64,000 bases of DNA from an uncultured Verrucomicrobiae bacterium (GTDB taxonomy: Bacteria; Verrucomicrobiota; Verrucomicrobiia; Limisphaerales; Palsa-1400), in assembly GCA_963707025.1 (NCBI GenBank), contig CAVPOM010000004.1, positions 416,001-480,000 of the forward strand. Reading direction: 5' to 3'. Made by a program: the position numbers and the translations under genes. Under the pieces are notes generated by a model. The model made no database searches. It saw only the letters and a program-made list of their open reading frames with translations, and was not told where the DNA came from. This document shows positions 10,463-19,714 of the stretch, piece by piece (the stretch's first letter is position 1; every line of letters starts with the position of its first letter).

Positions 10463-11764
10463 CATGCTGGAACTGTTCGACACCCACCCGGACTGCCAGG
10501 TGCAGGAATCCGAATTCAAACGCCTGCTGGGCTATCCGCCGCGTCATAATCTGGAGGGACGCGCCCGCGAAATCGCGGAGGCGAGCCGGCAGTGGTATGT
10601 CCAATTCGGCCGGCCATGGATTTACGCGCGGCAGGCGGAAGGGCTGGAACTGTCCGGCAGCCAGATTAAAATCAACGGCGCCGCCTTCTCCTCCGCCCCG
10701 CTGCACGAGCAATTCCACACGGCGCAAGTTCACAGCGCGCTGCTGCTGGCCGTGAGCGCCGGCCCGCAATGCGAAGAAAAAGCGCGGGCCTTTTGGCAGG
10801 AAGGAAAGCCCGACGAATACTTCTTCATGGAAATGTTCGGCTCGGCCGTGGTGGAGCATTTGGTCGCGGTCGCCAACGGCCGCCTGTGCGCCTGGGCGGA
10901 CCAACAAGGGATGGTCGCGCTGCCCCATTACAGTCCGGGTTATTCGCGGTGGGATGTCCGCGAGCAAACCAAATTGTGGGACCTGATCCGCCCGGAGGCG
11001 GGCGGCAAATTTGCCGGCCAGCTCGAGGTGTTGGACACCGGCATGCTCCGGCCCAAAAAGTCGCTTTTGGCCGTCGTCGGCCTGACGCGCCACTTGGACA
11101 AGGTGCGGTCCTACGCCAGGCTGGTGCCGTGCGAAAACTGCTCCTTGTCCGGCTGCCAGGTACCCGGCGCGCGCCCTTCGAGCATTTTCCGCCGCAAATT
11201 GAAGAGGTCGTCCGGCTCCAGCCCGGCGGTGAGGAAGCTTTATCCCCGCCCAACGGCAAGGTCCTGGCGTTGAACCATCAGGCCAAGTATTCCATTAACG
11301 GCAAAGCCTTGCGCAAATGGTCGCAGGAGCGCCTGCAATTAAAGTCCTTGCCAGACGGCGCCGTTGAGGCGCGGTTCCGCTACGAAGGCACCACTTGCTC
11401 AAACCTGGGCCGCCTCCTTGAATTCGACTATCTGGTGCTGCTGGCGCCGGGACACGACCGCTATAAAATTGTGGCGGCCTCGTGCGTCCCTGCGCCCGGC
11501 GACACCGGCCACACCTGGCAATGCGAATATCTGGAGGACCCCGCCTCCTTCCTGCGCGCCATCGCTGAGGAAAGGCCGCTGCTGGGCCGCCCGCTCGACG
11601 ATGTCCTGGCCTGGGAGCGCGCCTGGCGCCCGTCGGGCTGCTACTGCGACGCCGAGCGGCGCTTCCATAAATGGGGCCTGGTCTTTGAGGTGATTCACTA
11701 CGCCCTGGTGGAGCGCGAGAAAGCCGCGGCCAATCCTCGACAGCCGGACCGGGTTTTGGAATAA
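10452..11764 (+). CDS. B12-dependent methionine synthase activation-domain-like protein with Cys-rich C-terminal extension; frameshift near 11160
   Basis: HYSPGYSRWDVREQ and GMLRPKKSL resemble the SPGY and M-x-P-x-KS motifs; CENCSLSGC, CSNLG, QCEY, GCYC downstream. Confidence 0.7.
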
Positions 11765-11778
11765 ATAATCCATCCTTT

Positions 11779-12105
11779 ATGACTCAATTGTGCAGCATTG
11801 ACACGACGGCGCTACAAAAACTGCCGCCCGCTTTCCCGGAAAAATCCGGCATTGGCGCGCATTACACCGACGCCTTCATCAAACCGATGAACACCAAACT
11901 GGCGGATGGCACGCGCGTTTCCTGCAAGCGCAAAGGCTTGAAGATAATCCTGGTGGTCGGCGCAAAAAAAGGCGAAGGGTTGATGCGCCGGCTGGAGGTG
12001 AGCCGGGACCCGGTGGTGATGTTAAAGGCCGCCTTGCAGGAGGCGGCCAAAGCCGCCGGCGTTGAGTTGCAAATCACCGGCAGCGAAATCCTGGTCGCCC
12101 CCTGA
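11779..12105 (+). CDS. hypothetical protein (108 aa) in RACo operon
   Basis: ORF 14 bp after the previous stop, host-like codon usage. Confidence 0.65.
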   Translation: MTQLCSIDTTALQKLPPAFPEKSGIGAHYTDAFIKPMNTKLADGTRVSCKRKGLKIILVVGAKKGEGLMRRLEVSRDPVVMLKAALQEAAKAAGVELQITGSEILVAP

Positions 12106-12122
12106 GCCGCAGCCATGGGGAA

Positions 12123-12156
12123 GAGAACCACGGATGAACGCGGATGGACACGGATT
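12123..12156 (+). repeat. ACACGGATG-type 9-mer repeat unit, copy 2
   Basis: 31/34 identical to 5573..5606; again between convergent genes. Confidence 0.7.
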
Positions 12157-12333
12157 TACCGGCACAGAAGAGCGGGTTTTACGTTGTTTTACAAGAACGA
12201 GCCTTCAATTACTTTTGGCTGCATCGCCGGCGCGCAGCCACTGACCACATGATAGAGCGCCGGGATGTCTCCCACATTGCGCCAAGCCGGCATCTTTCAA
12301 ACCGCTCGCCGCGGCGTCCGAAAAATCCAGCCG

Positions 12334-13317
12334 TCAGGGAAACCTCGCCTCCATCTCATTTTTGACAGCGGCGGCGACTTCGGCGGGCGTGCCGGGACGC
12401 TCGGCTTCTTGGCCCCAGCGCAAGTGCGCCATGTAAGAGTCGGCCTGGATCAATCCTTGTTTCTGCGCCGAGAGATCAATGTGTTCGGCGAAACGGTTGT
12501 CGAGATTGAGCTTGATTTCGTCGAAGTCATCCCAGGCTTTGACTTGCGAGGGGATGTCCTGCCAGTAGAGCACTTGATATTTCGATTTGGCGCCGGGCGG
12601 ACGCGCCGCCCGCGCTTCTGCCCGTGCGGCCATGACCGGGGCCAGCGCTGCCATTTTGGTTTTATGGACTGGAGCGGCGCCTTTGCCGACAAAATACAGA
12701 AACAGATCCACCGCGCTGGAAGCGTCCGCCCCGTAGCCGTCGGCGCCGATTTCGTCCGCATACATCTGGCTGATGGGCGCGCCGCCGATGGCCATTTTGA
12801 TGTGGCCGAGGCCTTTCGCCTCAAAGCCGTCAATCACCACCTTCATATAAGTCATCGTCGTGGTCAGCAACGCGCTCATGCCGATGATGTCCGGCCGGTG
12901 CCGCTCGGCGGCGGCGAGGAATTTATCGAGGCTCTGATCCGCCCCGATGTCATGCACCTGGAAACCGGCGCCCTCGGCCATCATGCAAACCAGATTTTTT
13001 CCAATGTCATGCAAATCGCCGCGCACTGTTCCCATGAGCACCGTTCCGGCCGACGAACTGGCGGCGCCCCGGGCGGTCAGGAGCGGCTTGAGCACGGCCA
13101 TGCCGGCCTTCATGGCGCGGGCCGCGATGAGCACTTCGGGCACGTAAAGCACATTATATTTGAAATCCTCCCCCACCACGCTCATGCCGGCGATCAGCCC
13201 TTCGCTCAGGATTTCCTGCGCGCTCCGGCCCTCGGCCAACGCGTCGCGGGTCATTTGTTCGACCTGCACGGCCTTGCCCTCGTAAACGCACTGATTCATT
13301 AAAGCGTAGTCCGGCAT
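12334..13317 (-). CDS. corrinoid (cobalamin-binding) protein with cap domain, fused to C-terminal Virulence_fact-like domain
   Basis: YVPEVLIAARAM cap, GDLHDIGKNLV (DxHxxG), SALLTTT, IGGAP..IGADGY; C-terminal YWQDIPSQV...RFAEHIDLSA. Confidence 0.9.
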   Translation of the reverse strand: MPDYALMNQCVYEGKAVQVEQMTRDALAEGRSAQEILSEGLIAGMSVVGEDFKYNVLYVPEVLIAARAMKAGMAVLKPLLTARGAASSSAGTVLMGTVRGDLHDIGKNLVCMMAEGAGFQVHDIGADQSLDKFLAAAERHRPDIIGMSALLTTTMTYMKVVIDGFEAKGLGHIKMAIGGAPISQMYADEIGADGYGADASSAVDLFLYFVGKGAAPVHKTKMAALAPVMAARAEARAARPPGAKSKYQVLYWQDIPSQVKAWDDFDEIKLNLDNRFAEHIDLSAQKQGLIQADSYMAHLRWGQEAERPGTPAEVAAAVKNEMEARFP

Positions 13318-13341
13318 GGGTGCTTGCTTTTCCGAAACGGG

Positions 13342-14388
13342 TCAGCGTTTGGAATTAAATTCCTCCAGAGCTTGCAGCATCGCCCGGATGTTCTCGCGCG
13401 GCATGCCCGGACTCGTGCCGCCGCCGACGGACAGCACGATCCCCTCGCCGCCGCTTTTTTCCAGAACGTCCAGGGTGGCCGCGCGCACTTCCCCGGGCGT
13501 GCCGCGCACGCCCACTTCCAGCGGATTCACATTTCCCATCAGGCACATGCGGCCGCCGACGCGCGCCTTCACTTCGGCGTAATCGGTTTGCTTTCCCCAG
13601 TTCAGCATGTTGAACCCGGCGTCCGGCAGATGATCCAGGCAGGCCCCGACCTCCGCGTCGTTGTGATAGAGCTTGACCCAGTCCTTGGGAAAGGCGTCGC
13701 AGATTTTTTTCAGGCGGGGATGGGCGAATTCCAGGTAGTGCTCCTCGTTGACGAAGCCAACAATGTCGTCGAGAATGAAAATGCCCTCCACCGTGCCGCC
13801 CATGGCTTTTTGCTGGGCCTTGAGCCAGTCAATAATGAGATTGGTGCAAAGGTCGAGCAGTTTGTGCGCCCACTCCGGTTTTTCCACCAGATCAATCATG
13901 AAATCGGTCGTGCTGCGGACGAAGCCGGCGGTACACATCGGGCCGCGCGAGGTGACCAGGGGCAGAATCTCACCGGTGTCCAGGATGCGCTGGCGCTGCA
14001 TGCGGATGCGGTGCAGGGTCATGGCCATGAAGGCGTCGTTTTCCACCTCGTATTCCGGGAACCTCTCGATGTCCTCAATATGAAAGAGGGTGTGGTATTC
14101 GCTGGGCGTGTTGTCCTGCCAGAATTTGATCTTGGCGCCCAGAGCCGACGGTTCCGCCGCCATGCCGTATTCCATCCACCAGGAAGGGACAAAGATGATG
14201 TCGGGGAATTCCCGGTGAATTTTCAAGTGCGACTGGAACCACAATTCCGGGTCGAGGTAGAAATCCATGTGCTTAAGGCCGAGATAACCGGGAATCCACG
14301 GACTGTCCACGATCAGGGCCATCGGCACCTTGTCCAATTTCTCCAGGCGCGAGGCCCGTTTAAATATGTCCCATTGTTCAGGTCTCAT
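13342..14388 (-). CDS. URO-D/MtaA-CmuA-fold methylcobamide methyltransferase candidate
   Basis: ILDDIVG, LYHNDA, CLMGNVNPL..RGTPGEV, SVGGGTSPGMPRENIRAM; directly upstream of corrinoid gene. Confidence 0.85.
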   Translation of the reverse strand: MRPEQWDIFKRASRLEKLDKVPMALIVDSPWIPGYLGLKHMDFYLDPELWFQSHLKIHREFPDIIFVPSWWMEYGMAAEPSALGAKIKFWQDNTPSEYHTLFHIEDIERFPEYEVENDAFMAMTLHRIRMQRQRILDTGEILPLVTSRGPMCTAGFVRSTTDFMIDLVEKPEWAHKLLDLCTNLIIDWLKAQQKAMGGTVEGIFILDDIVGFVNEEHYLEFAHPRLKKICDAFPKDWVKLYHNDAEVGACLDHLPDAGFNMLNWGKQTDYAEVKARVGGRMCLMGNVNPLEVGVRGTPGEVRAATLDVLEKSGGEGIVLSVGGGTSPGMPRENIRAMLQALEEFNSKR

Positions 14389-14476
14389 AGCAATTGACTG
14401 GCAAAGGCGTCGCTGTGACGCCGGCCATTTTCGCGCCTTCCGGCCCTCGCATTTCAAGCAGAAAGCGCCGGCTCGT

Positions 14477-14509
14477 AGGATTGTCCATTCAAATCATAAC
14501 ATTGTCCAT
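14477..14509 (+). promoter_or_regulatory. tandem ATTGTCCAT repeat with 21-bp period (AraC-type site candidate)
   Basis: ATTGTCCAT at 14480 and 14501; homologous to 25468..25500 and 45540..45572. Confidence 0.6.
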
Positions 14510-14560
14510 GCGTAGGAGAGAGAGGACAGGCCGCATGGAGAATGCTATGATGGAGTTTGC

Positions 14561-14657
14561 CTGGACACCAGCAAGAGTTACGCGGTGGAACCGGGAGCAT
14601 ACGAAATCCTGGCTGGCAGCGCATCCAACAAGCTGCGCGAGGGATTGAAGCCCGTCG
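14561..14657 (+). pseudogene. relic of GH3 glycosidase C-terminus (Fn3-like tail)
   Basis: Translates LDTSKSYAVEPGAYEILAGSASNKLR, resembling [19 protein letters not shown] of the GH3 at ~43100. Confidence 0.55.
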
Positions 14658-14675
14658 TGCAGCGAAACCTCTTGC

Positions 14676-15533
14676 TCATACCACAGCCACGGTGTTTTGC
14701 AGGACGCCGATTCCGGTGATTTCGATGCCGACCACATCCCCGACTTGCAAGGTGAAGGCGGCTGGGGGGACGATGCCGGTTCCCGTCAATAACACTGCCC
14801 CATGGGGAAATCTCTGGCAGCGAAAGAGGAAGGAGGCCAGTTCCTCGAAACGGCGTTTGATCTGGGCCACGGAAGTTTCGCCCGCGAAAACAGGCTGTCC
14901 GTCGCGGCGGATTTCCAGCCGAATGGTCCACTGTCGCGCCTCGGCTTCGGTCGCGCCAAGCGTAATCCACGGACCCAGGGCACAGGAACGGTGGTAGGTT
15001 TTGGCCTGGGGCAAATACAACAGATTCTCCCCTTCGATGTCCCGCGAACTCATGTCGTTGCCTATGGTGTAACCGGCGATCTTCCCCTTGGAGTTGAGCA
15101 CCAGGGCCAGTTCCGGTTCCGGCACATTCCAGCGGGCGTCGCTGCGGATGCCCACTTCATCGCCGGTGGCGGCCACTTTTTCGGCCAGCGATTTGAAGAA
15201 GATTTCCGGGCGTTCCGCCGAATAGACCTTGTCATAGGCGGAGGCGCTGAAATCGGATTCCTCCATGCGCGCGGTTTTGCTGCGGAGGTAAGTAACGCCG
15301 GCAGCCCAGACTTCCTGCCGTTCGACCGGCGCGCATAATTGAACCTCAGAAAGCGAAACGTGGGGAAGAGGCGCGTACTTTGCGAGAAGCGGCGGCAGAT
15401 CAGGATTGTCCAGTTCCAGCAATGGTTGCAGTTGGGTGACACCGGCTGGAGTCAAGTCGAGCACCGTCGCATCCTCGTTGACCAATCCCACCTTGATCTC
15501 CCCGGCTTGGTTTTTAAAGCGGCAGATTTTCAT
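14676..15533 (-). CDS. fumarylacetoacetate hydrolase family protein, 2-keto-3-deoxy-pentonate dehydratase (XylX)-like
   Basis: QEVWAAGVTYLRS, ERPEIFFK, WNVPEPEL, GNDMSSRDIEGENLLYLPQAK, LLTGTGIVP. Confidence 0.85.
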   Translation of the reverse strand: MKICRFKNQAGEIKVGLVNEDATVLDLTPAGVTQLQPLLELDNPDLPPLLAKYAPLPHVSLSEVQLCAPVERQEVWAAGVTYLRSKTARMEESDFSASAYDKVYSAERPEIFFKSLAEKVAATGDEVGIRSDARWNVPEPELALVLNSKGKIAGYTIGNDMSSRDIEGENLLYLPQAKTYHRSCALGPWITLGATEAEARQWTIRLEIRRDGQPVFAGETSVAQIKRRFEELASFLFRCQRFPHGAVLLTGTGIVPPAAFTLQVGDVVGIEITGIGVLQNTVAVV

Positions 15534-15541
15534 AATTTTCT

Positions 15542-16819
15542 TCACGGCGCCATCGCCACGGGCGGACTGGCGGGATGCTTTTGTTTCGGCAGCAAAAAGG
15601 CAAGCCCGACGCACACCAGCATCCCCGCGCCCAGCGCGTCGAAGGCGATGGCCGTGCTGTTATATTGCCTGACCAACCAGCCCACCACATAAGGTCCGGC
15701 GAAGCCGCCCAGGTTGCCGAAAGCATTGACCAGTCCCGTGACCGATCCCATGACGTTGGCGGGCAGGGTCTCGCTGACAATGGCCCAAAAGGGAGCCATG
15801 CCGGCAAAGGGTCCCGGTATGGCCAGGCAGAGGAAAGCGTAGGAAACCCAAAAATGCCCGCGCAAGGCGACGCTGAGAATCAGGCTCAGGCCGCTCATGG
15901 CATACATGGCCGCAACGTGGGTTCGGCGCTCCTGGGTTTTGTCGGAGTGCCAGGAGTTGAGGATCATCACCAGGGCGGTCACGACGTAGGGAACGGCGAA
16001 CAGAATTCCGTACTGCGTGGCGCTGTAACCCCGGTCCTGCAGGCGGTCGGTGAAGAAGGTCATGCATCCGTACGCGGCGCAATTGTGCAGAAAATAAAGC
16101 GCAATCATGACGAAGATGGACGGCTCGAAGAATCTTTTCCAGGCCGGTGTTTTTCGCGGAGGCTCCACTGCGGCCGCTTCCTTTTGCAGCGTCGTTTCCA
16201 GAAAATTCCGTTCTTCCGGCGAAATCCAATGTGCCTCGGCGGGATGATCTCGAATGACCATCCACCAGAGTGGAAGCCAGAGAAACGGCAGGATGCCCTC
16301 GGCCATAAGCATGGTCTGCCAGCCATAAGCTCCGAGCAGCCATCCGGTCACCGGCGCCGAACCGGCCACGGCCAGGGGCTGGCAAAGCTGCCACGCGGCG
16401 TTGGCCCGCGCCCGTTCGGCGCGTGGAAACCAATTGGCCAGCAGGACGAGCGTCGCCGGAAAAACGGCGCTTTCCGCCACACCGAGCAAAAAGCGCATGG
16501 CCTCAAATTGCCGGAAGGTCCGGGCCAGCCCGCAGCCCATGGCGCAAAGGCCCCAACTGACCAGGCAGAGGCTGACGACCTTGCGAGCGCTCCAGCGCGA
16601 CGCGAGCCAGCCGCCGGGAATTTGCAGCAGGAGGTAACCGAAGAAGAATATGCCCGCCGCTTCTCCTTTCATGGCGGCATCCATGTGCAGGTCCCGCAGC
16701 ATGGTGGAGACGTGAGGATCAGGATCCAGGGAGAGGGAGATGTTGGTGCGGTCCACATAGGAGATGGTGTACATGATCAGCGCGACGGGAATGATGCGCA
16801 GCCAGCGTTGTTGCTTCAT
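15542..16819 (-). CDS. MFS transporter (ACS family, sugar-acid type)
   Basis: ISYVDRTNI, FFFGYLLLQIPGG, RFLLGVAES, WFPRAERARA; multiple TM helices. Confidence 0.9.
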   Translation of the reverse strand: MKQQRWLRIIPVALIMYTISYVDRTNISLSLDPDPHVSTMLRDLHMDAAMKGEAAGIFFFGYLLLQIPGGWLASRWSARKVVSLCLVSWGLCAMGCGLARTFRQFEAMRFLLGVAESAVFPATLVLLANWFPRAERARANAAWQLCQPLAVAGSAPVTGWLLGAYGWQTMLMAEGILPFLWLPLWWMVIRDHPAEAHWISPEERNFLETTLQKEAAAVEPPRKTPAWKRFFEPSIFVMIALYFLHNCAAYGCMTFFTDRLQDRGYSATQYGILFAVPYVVTALVMILNSWHSDKTQERRTHVAAMYAMSGLSLILSVALRGHFWVSYAFLCLAIPGPFAGMAPFWAIVSETLPANVMGSVTGLVNAFGNLGGFAGPYVVGWLVRQYNSTAIAFDALGAGMLVCVGLAFLLPKQKHPASPPVAMAP

Positions 16820-17172
16820 AGAGGCGCGAAGGCGATGCCAAACTTCCCTGTCAAATCCCCGCCAGGCCCGTCAAGGCCGTCAACTTGGCGGGCGGGCGGC
16901 GGACCGCGTTGTATTCGGCGCTGTAAATCAACCGGGGACCTGCGAAACGCAGGGTGATCGTGGCGGTGAGTAATGAGAGCCAGAGGATGAATTTCATGTT
17001 CATAATGTCGCGACGGATGGGAACGCGCTCCTTTTTACTCGATGGCACTTCCGACGCCAGCTTTTTTATACCGGGAGGATTTCCGGGCTGGCCCCGAGCG
17101 GTTTTTCGTCCCTACCTGAACCTATCTGAACAGTTACGGTTTTTCTTTGTCCCGCGGCGGCTTGCTGGTTCA

Positions 17173-19152
17173 ATGGCTTTCATGAGTTCCACTGACGAAG
17201 TTTTTGATTCGGCGGCGCCGGAGATTTATCAAATCAAAACCCAGGCACCCGGCCCGGCGGGGAGTTTGCCGATCACGGAGGAGATGCTGCTCAACCGGCC
17301 CAGCGGTGATCTTTTCGGTTTATCGCTCAATGTGGGAATGGGGTGGAACCCGGCGGAGGCGGGACGAAAGCAGTTTCTGATTTTGAGCACCCAAGGGGGG
17401 TTGCGCGCGCCGGATGGAAAACCGGTGGCGCTGGGCTATCATACCGGGCATTGGGAAATCGGGCTGCTGGTGCAGGCGGCGGCGGAAGAATTGACCCGGC
17501 GGCAGACCATTCCGTTCGCCGGGTTTTGCTCCGATCCGTGCGACGGGCGGACCCAAGGGACGACGGGTATGTTTGACAGTCTGCCCTATCGGAACGACGC
17601 GGCGGTGATATTCCGCCGGCTGGCGCGCTCCCTGCCGTTGCGGGCCGGCGTGCTCGGGGTGGCCACCTGCGACAAGGGATTGCCGGCCATGATGATGGCG
17701 GTGGCGGGCTTGCGCGATCTGCCCTGCGTGGTGGTTCCCGGCGGAGTGACGCTGCCCGCCACGGGGGGCGAGGACGCGGGGACGGTGCAGACGCTGGGGG
17801 TTCGTTTCGCGCACGGACTGGTTTCACTGGCGGAGGCCGCCGACCTGGGATGCCGCGCCTGCGGGTCGCCGGGAGGAGGCTGCCAATTCCTGGGCACGGC
17901 GGCGACTTCCCAAGTGGTGGGAGAAGCGCTGGGCCTTTGCCTGCCGCACGCCGCGCTCGCCCCTTCGGGCCAGCCGGTGTGGCTGGACCTGGCCCGGCGC
18001 TCGGCCCGCGCCCTGATTGGATTGGAAAAACGCGGGCTGACCATGCGGGAATTGATGACGGCGGAGAGCATAGAAAATGCGATGGTCGTTCACGCGGCCT
18101 TTGGCGGTTCCACCAATTTGTTGCTGCACATTCCCGCCATTGCCCATGCCGCCGGGTTGAAAGCTCCGGCGGTGGAGGATTGGATTTCGGTCAATCGCCG
18201 GACGCCCCGCCTGGTGAGCGTGCTGCCCAACGGCCCCGTCGCCCATCCGACGGTGCGCGTTTTTCTGGCGGGAGGAGTGCCGGAAGTGATGCTGCACTTG
18301 CGGCAACTGGGGTTGCTGCATTTGAACGCGCTGACGGTTTCCGGAAAGACGCTGGGCGAAAATCTCCAGTGGTGGGAAGGTTCCGAACGCCGCCGGCGGT
18401 TCAAGGAATTGTTGCGCCAGAAGGACGGAGTGGACGCCGGCGAGGTGATCTTCGCGCCGGAGCGGGCGCAAGCCAGGGGCCTGACCAGCACGATGGTTTT
18501 CCCGCGCGGCAACCTGGCCCCGGAAGGTTCGGTGGTCAAAAGCACAGCCATTGATCCAGCCGTGGTGGAGGCCGATGGCGTTTACCGCAAGGAGGGGCCG
18601 GCGCGGGTCTTTGTCAACGAGAAAGATGTCATGGCGGCCCTGAAACAAGGGCGCATCAAGGCGGGGGATGTGCTGGTCTTGACCGGCGTCGGGCCGCGGG
18701 GAACCGGCATGGAGGAAACCTACCAAGTGACCGCGGCGCTGAAACATCTTCCCTTCGGCCGGCAGGTGGCGCTGCTGACCGATGCGCGTTTTTCCGGGGT
18801 ATCCACCGGCGCGTGCATCGGCCACATCGGCCCGGAAGGGCTGGCAGGAGGGCCGATCGGGAAGGTTTTGGACGGGGATGTCATCAGAATTCTAATTGAC
18901 CGCCATAACCTGGAGGGAACGGTGGATTTGGTGGGAGAGGGAACGCGCCGCTTCACGCCGGAGGAAGGCGCCCGGGTCCTGGCCGGCCGCGCGCCGCGGC
19001 CTGACCTGGCGCCGCATGCCGCCCTGCCTGAGGACACACGGCTTTGGGCCGCCTTGCAATCCGCCGGCGGCGGGACTTGGGCCGGGTGTGTTTACGATGC
19101 CGACAAAATCATCGCCGCCCTCGAAGCGGGACGGGCCGCCGTGGCTGGCTGA
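17173..19152 (+). CDS. YjhG/YagF-family D-xylonate dehydratase (IlvD/Edd family)
   Basis: [56 protein letters not shown]. Confidence 0.9.
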   Translation: MAFMSSTDEVFDSAAPEIYQIKTQAPGPAGSLPITEEMLLNRPSGDLFGLSLNVGMGWNPAEAGRKQFLILSTQGGLRAPDGKPVALGYHTGHWEIGLLVQAAAEELTRRQTIPFAGFCSDPCDGRTQGTTGMFDSLPYRNDAAVIFRRLARSLPLRAGVLGVATCDKGLPAMMMAVAGLRDLPCVVVPGGVTLPATGGEDAGTVQTLGVRFAHGLVSLAEAADLGCRACGSPGGGCQFLGTAATSQVVGEALGLCLPHAALAPSGQPVWLDLARRSARALIGLEKRGLTMRELMTAESIENAMVVHAAFGGSTNLLLHIPAIAHAAGLKAPAVEDWISVNRRTPRLVSVLPNGPVAHPTVRVFLAGGVPEVMLHLRQLGLLHLNALTVSGKTLGENLQWWEGSERRRRFKELLRQKDGVDAGEVIFAPERAQARGLTSTMVFPRGNLAPEGSVVKSTAIDPAVVEADGVYRKEGPARVFVNEKDVMAALKQGRIKAGDVLVLTGVGPRGTGMEETYQVTAALKHLPFGRQVALLTDARFSGVSTGACIGHIGPEGLAGGPIGKVLDGDVIRILIDRHNLEGTVDLVGEGTRRFTPEEGARVLAGRAPRPDLAPHAALPEDTRLWAALQSAGGGTWAGCVYDADKIIAALEAGRAAVAG

Positions 19153-19317
19153 GGGAGGCAAGGGCCGGGGGTTGCCGACCGGCCGCATCTCGGCACAACC
19201 GCCGTGGATACCAAGCCCCCGCTGACTTTCTCCCCGTTGCCAGGCGCATCTTGACACTGCTACCGGAGTCAGGCGCAAGAAGGCTACAGGAGTGCGCCCG
19301 TCCTCGGGGAATGGCGC

Positions 19318-19665
19318 TTAAATAAGACCTAAAACTTTCTTACCCAGCCTCTTACGACGCGGGGGATGCGGGATGGTTTCAAACAAGACCTGACGGCTCA
19401 AGCGTTGCATGGCTTTGATGGTGGCTTGCACCTCCCGCCACTCGGCAATGGCGTCATGGAGCCACTCATATTGTTCTTTGGAGAGAGCGACACTGACCGT
19501 TTTGCCTTTGACCTTGCGGGTCCACTGATAACAAGGGCCGCCTGCTCCGGGGCCGCGGTCTTGCACGTAGCCCTCGCTGATCCAGCCGGTTCTGGCCAGC
19601 CGGTCGCGTAATTGGGCGTATTGGGCCTGCCATTGGGCTGGCCGGGTTGTTTTGTGAGTCGGCAT
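19318..19665 (-). CDS. IS-associated small basic protein (DUF6788-like), divergent from transposase
   Basis: GPCYQWTRKVKGKTVSVALS motif; stop codon lies in left IR. Confidence 0.7.
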   Translation of the reverse strand: MPTHKTTRPAQWQAQYAQLRDRLARTGWISEGYVQDRGPGAGGPCYQWTRKVKGKTVSVALSKEQYEWLHDAIAEWREVQATIKAMQRLSRQVLFETIPHPPRRKRLGKKVLGLI

Positions 19666-19714
19666 AAAGAAAAGAGTAGCAGACGTGTCAATAAGGCGGT
19701 ATATATACCGCCTT

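Noticed and set aside
16851..17048. Short minus-strand ORF with signal-peptide-like [16 protein letters not shown]
   Set aside because: Possibly a gene remnant, but too short and featureless to call.
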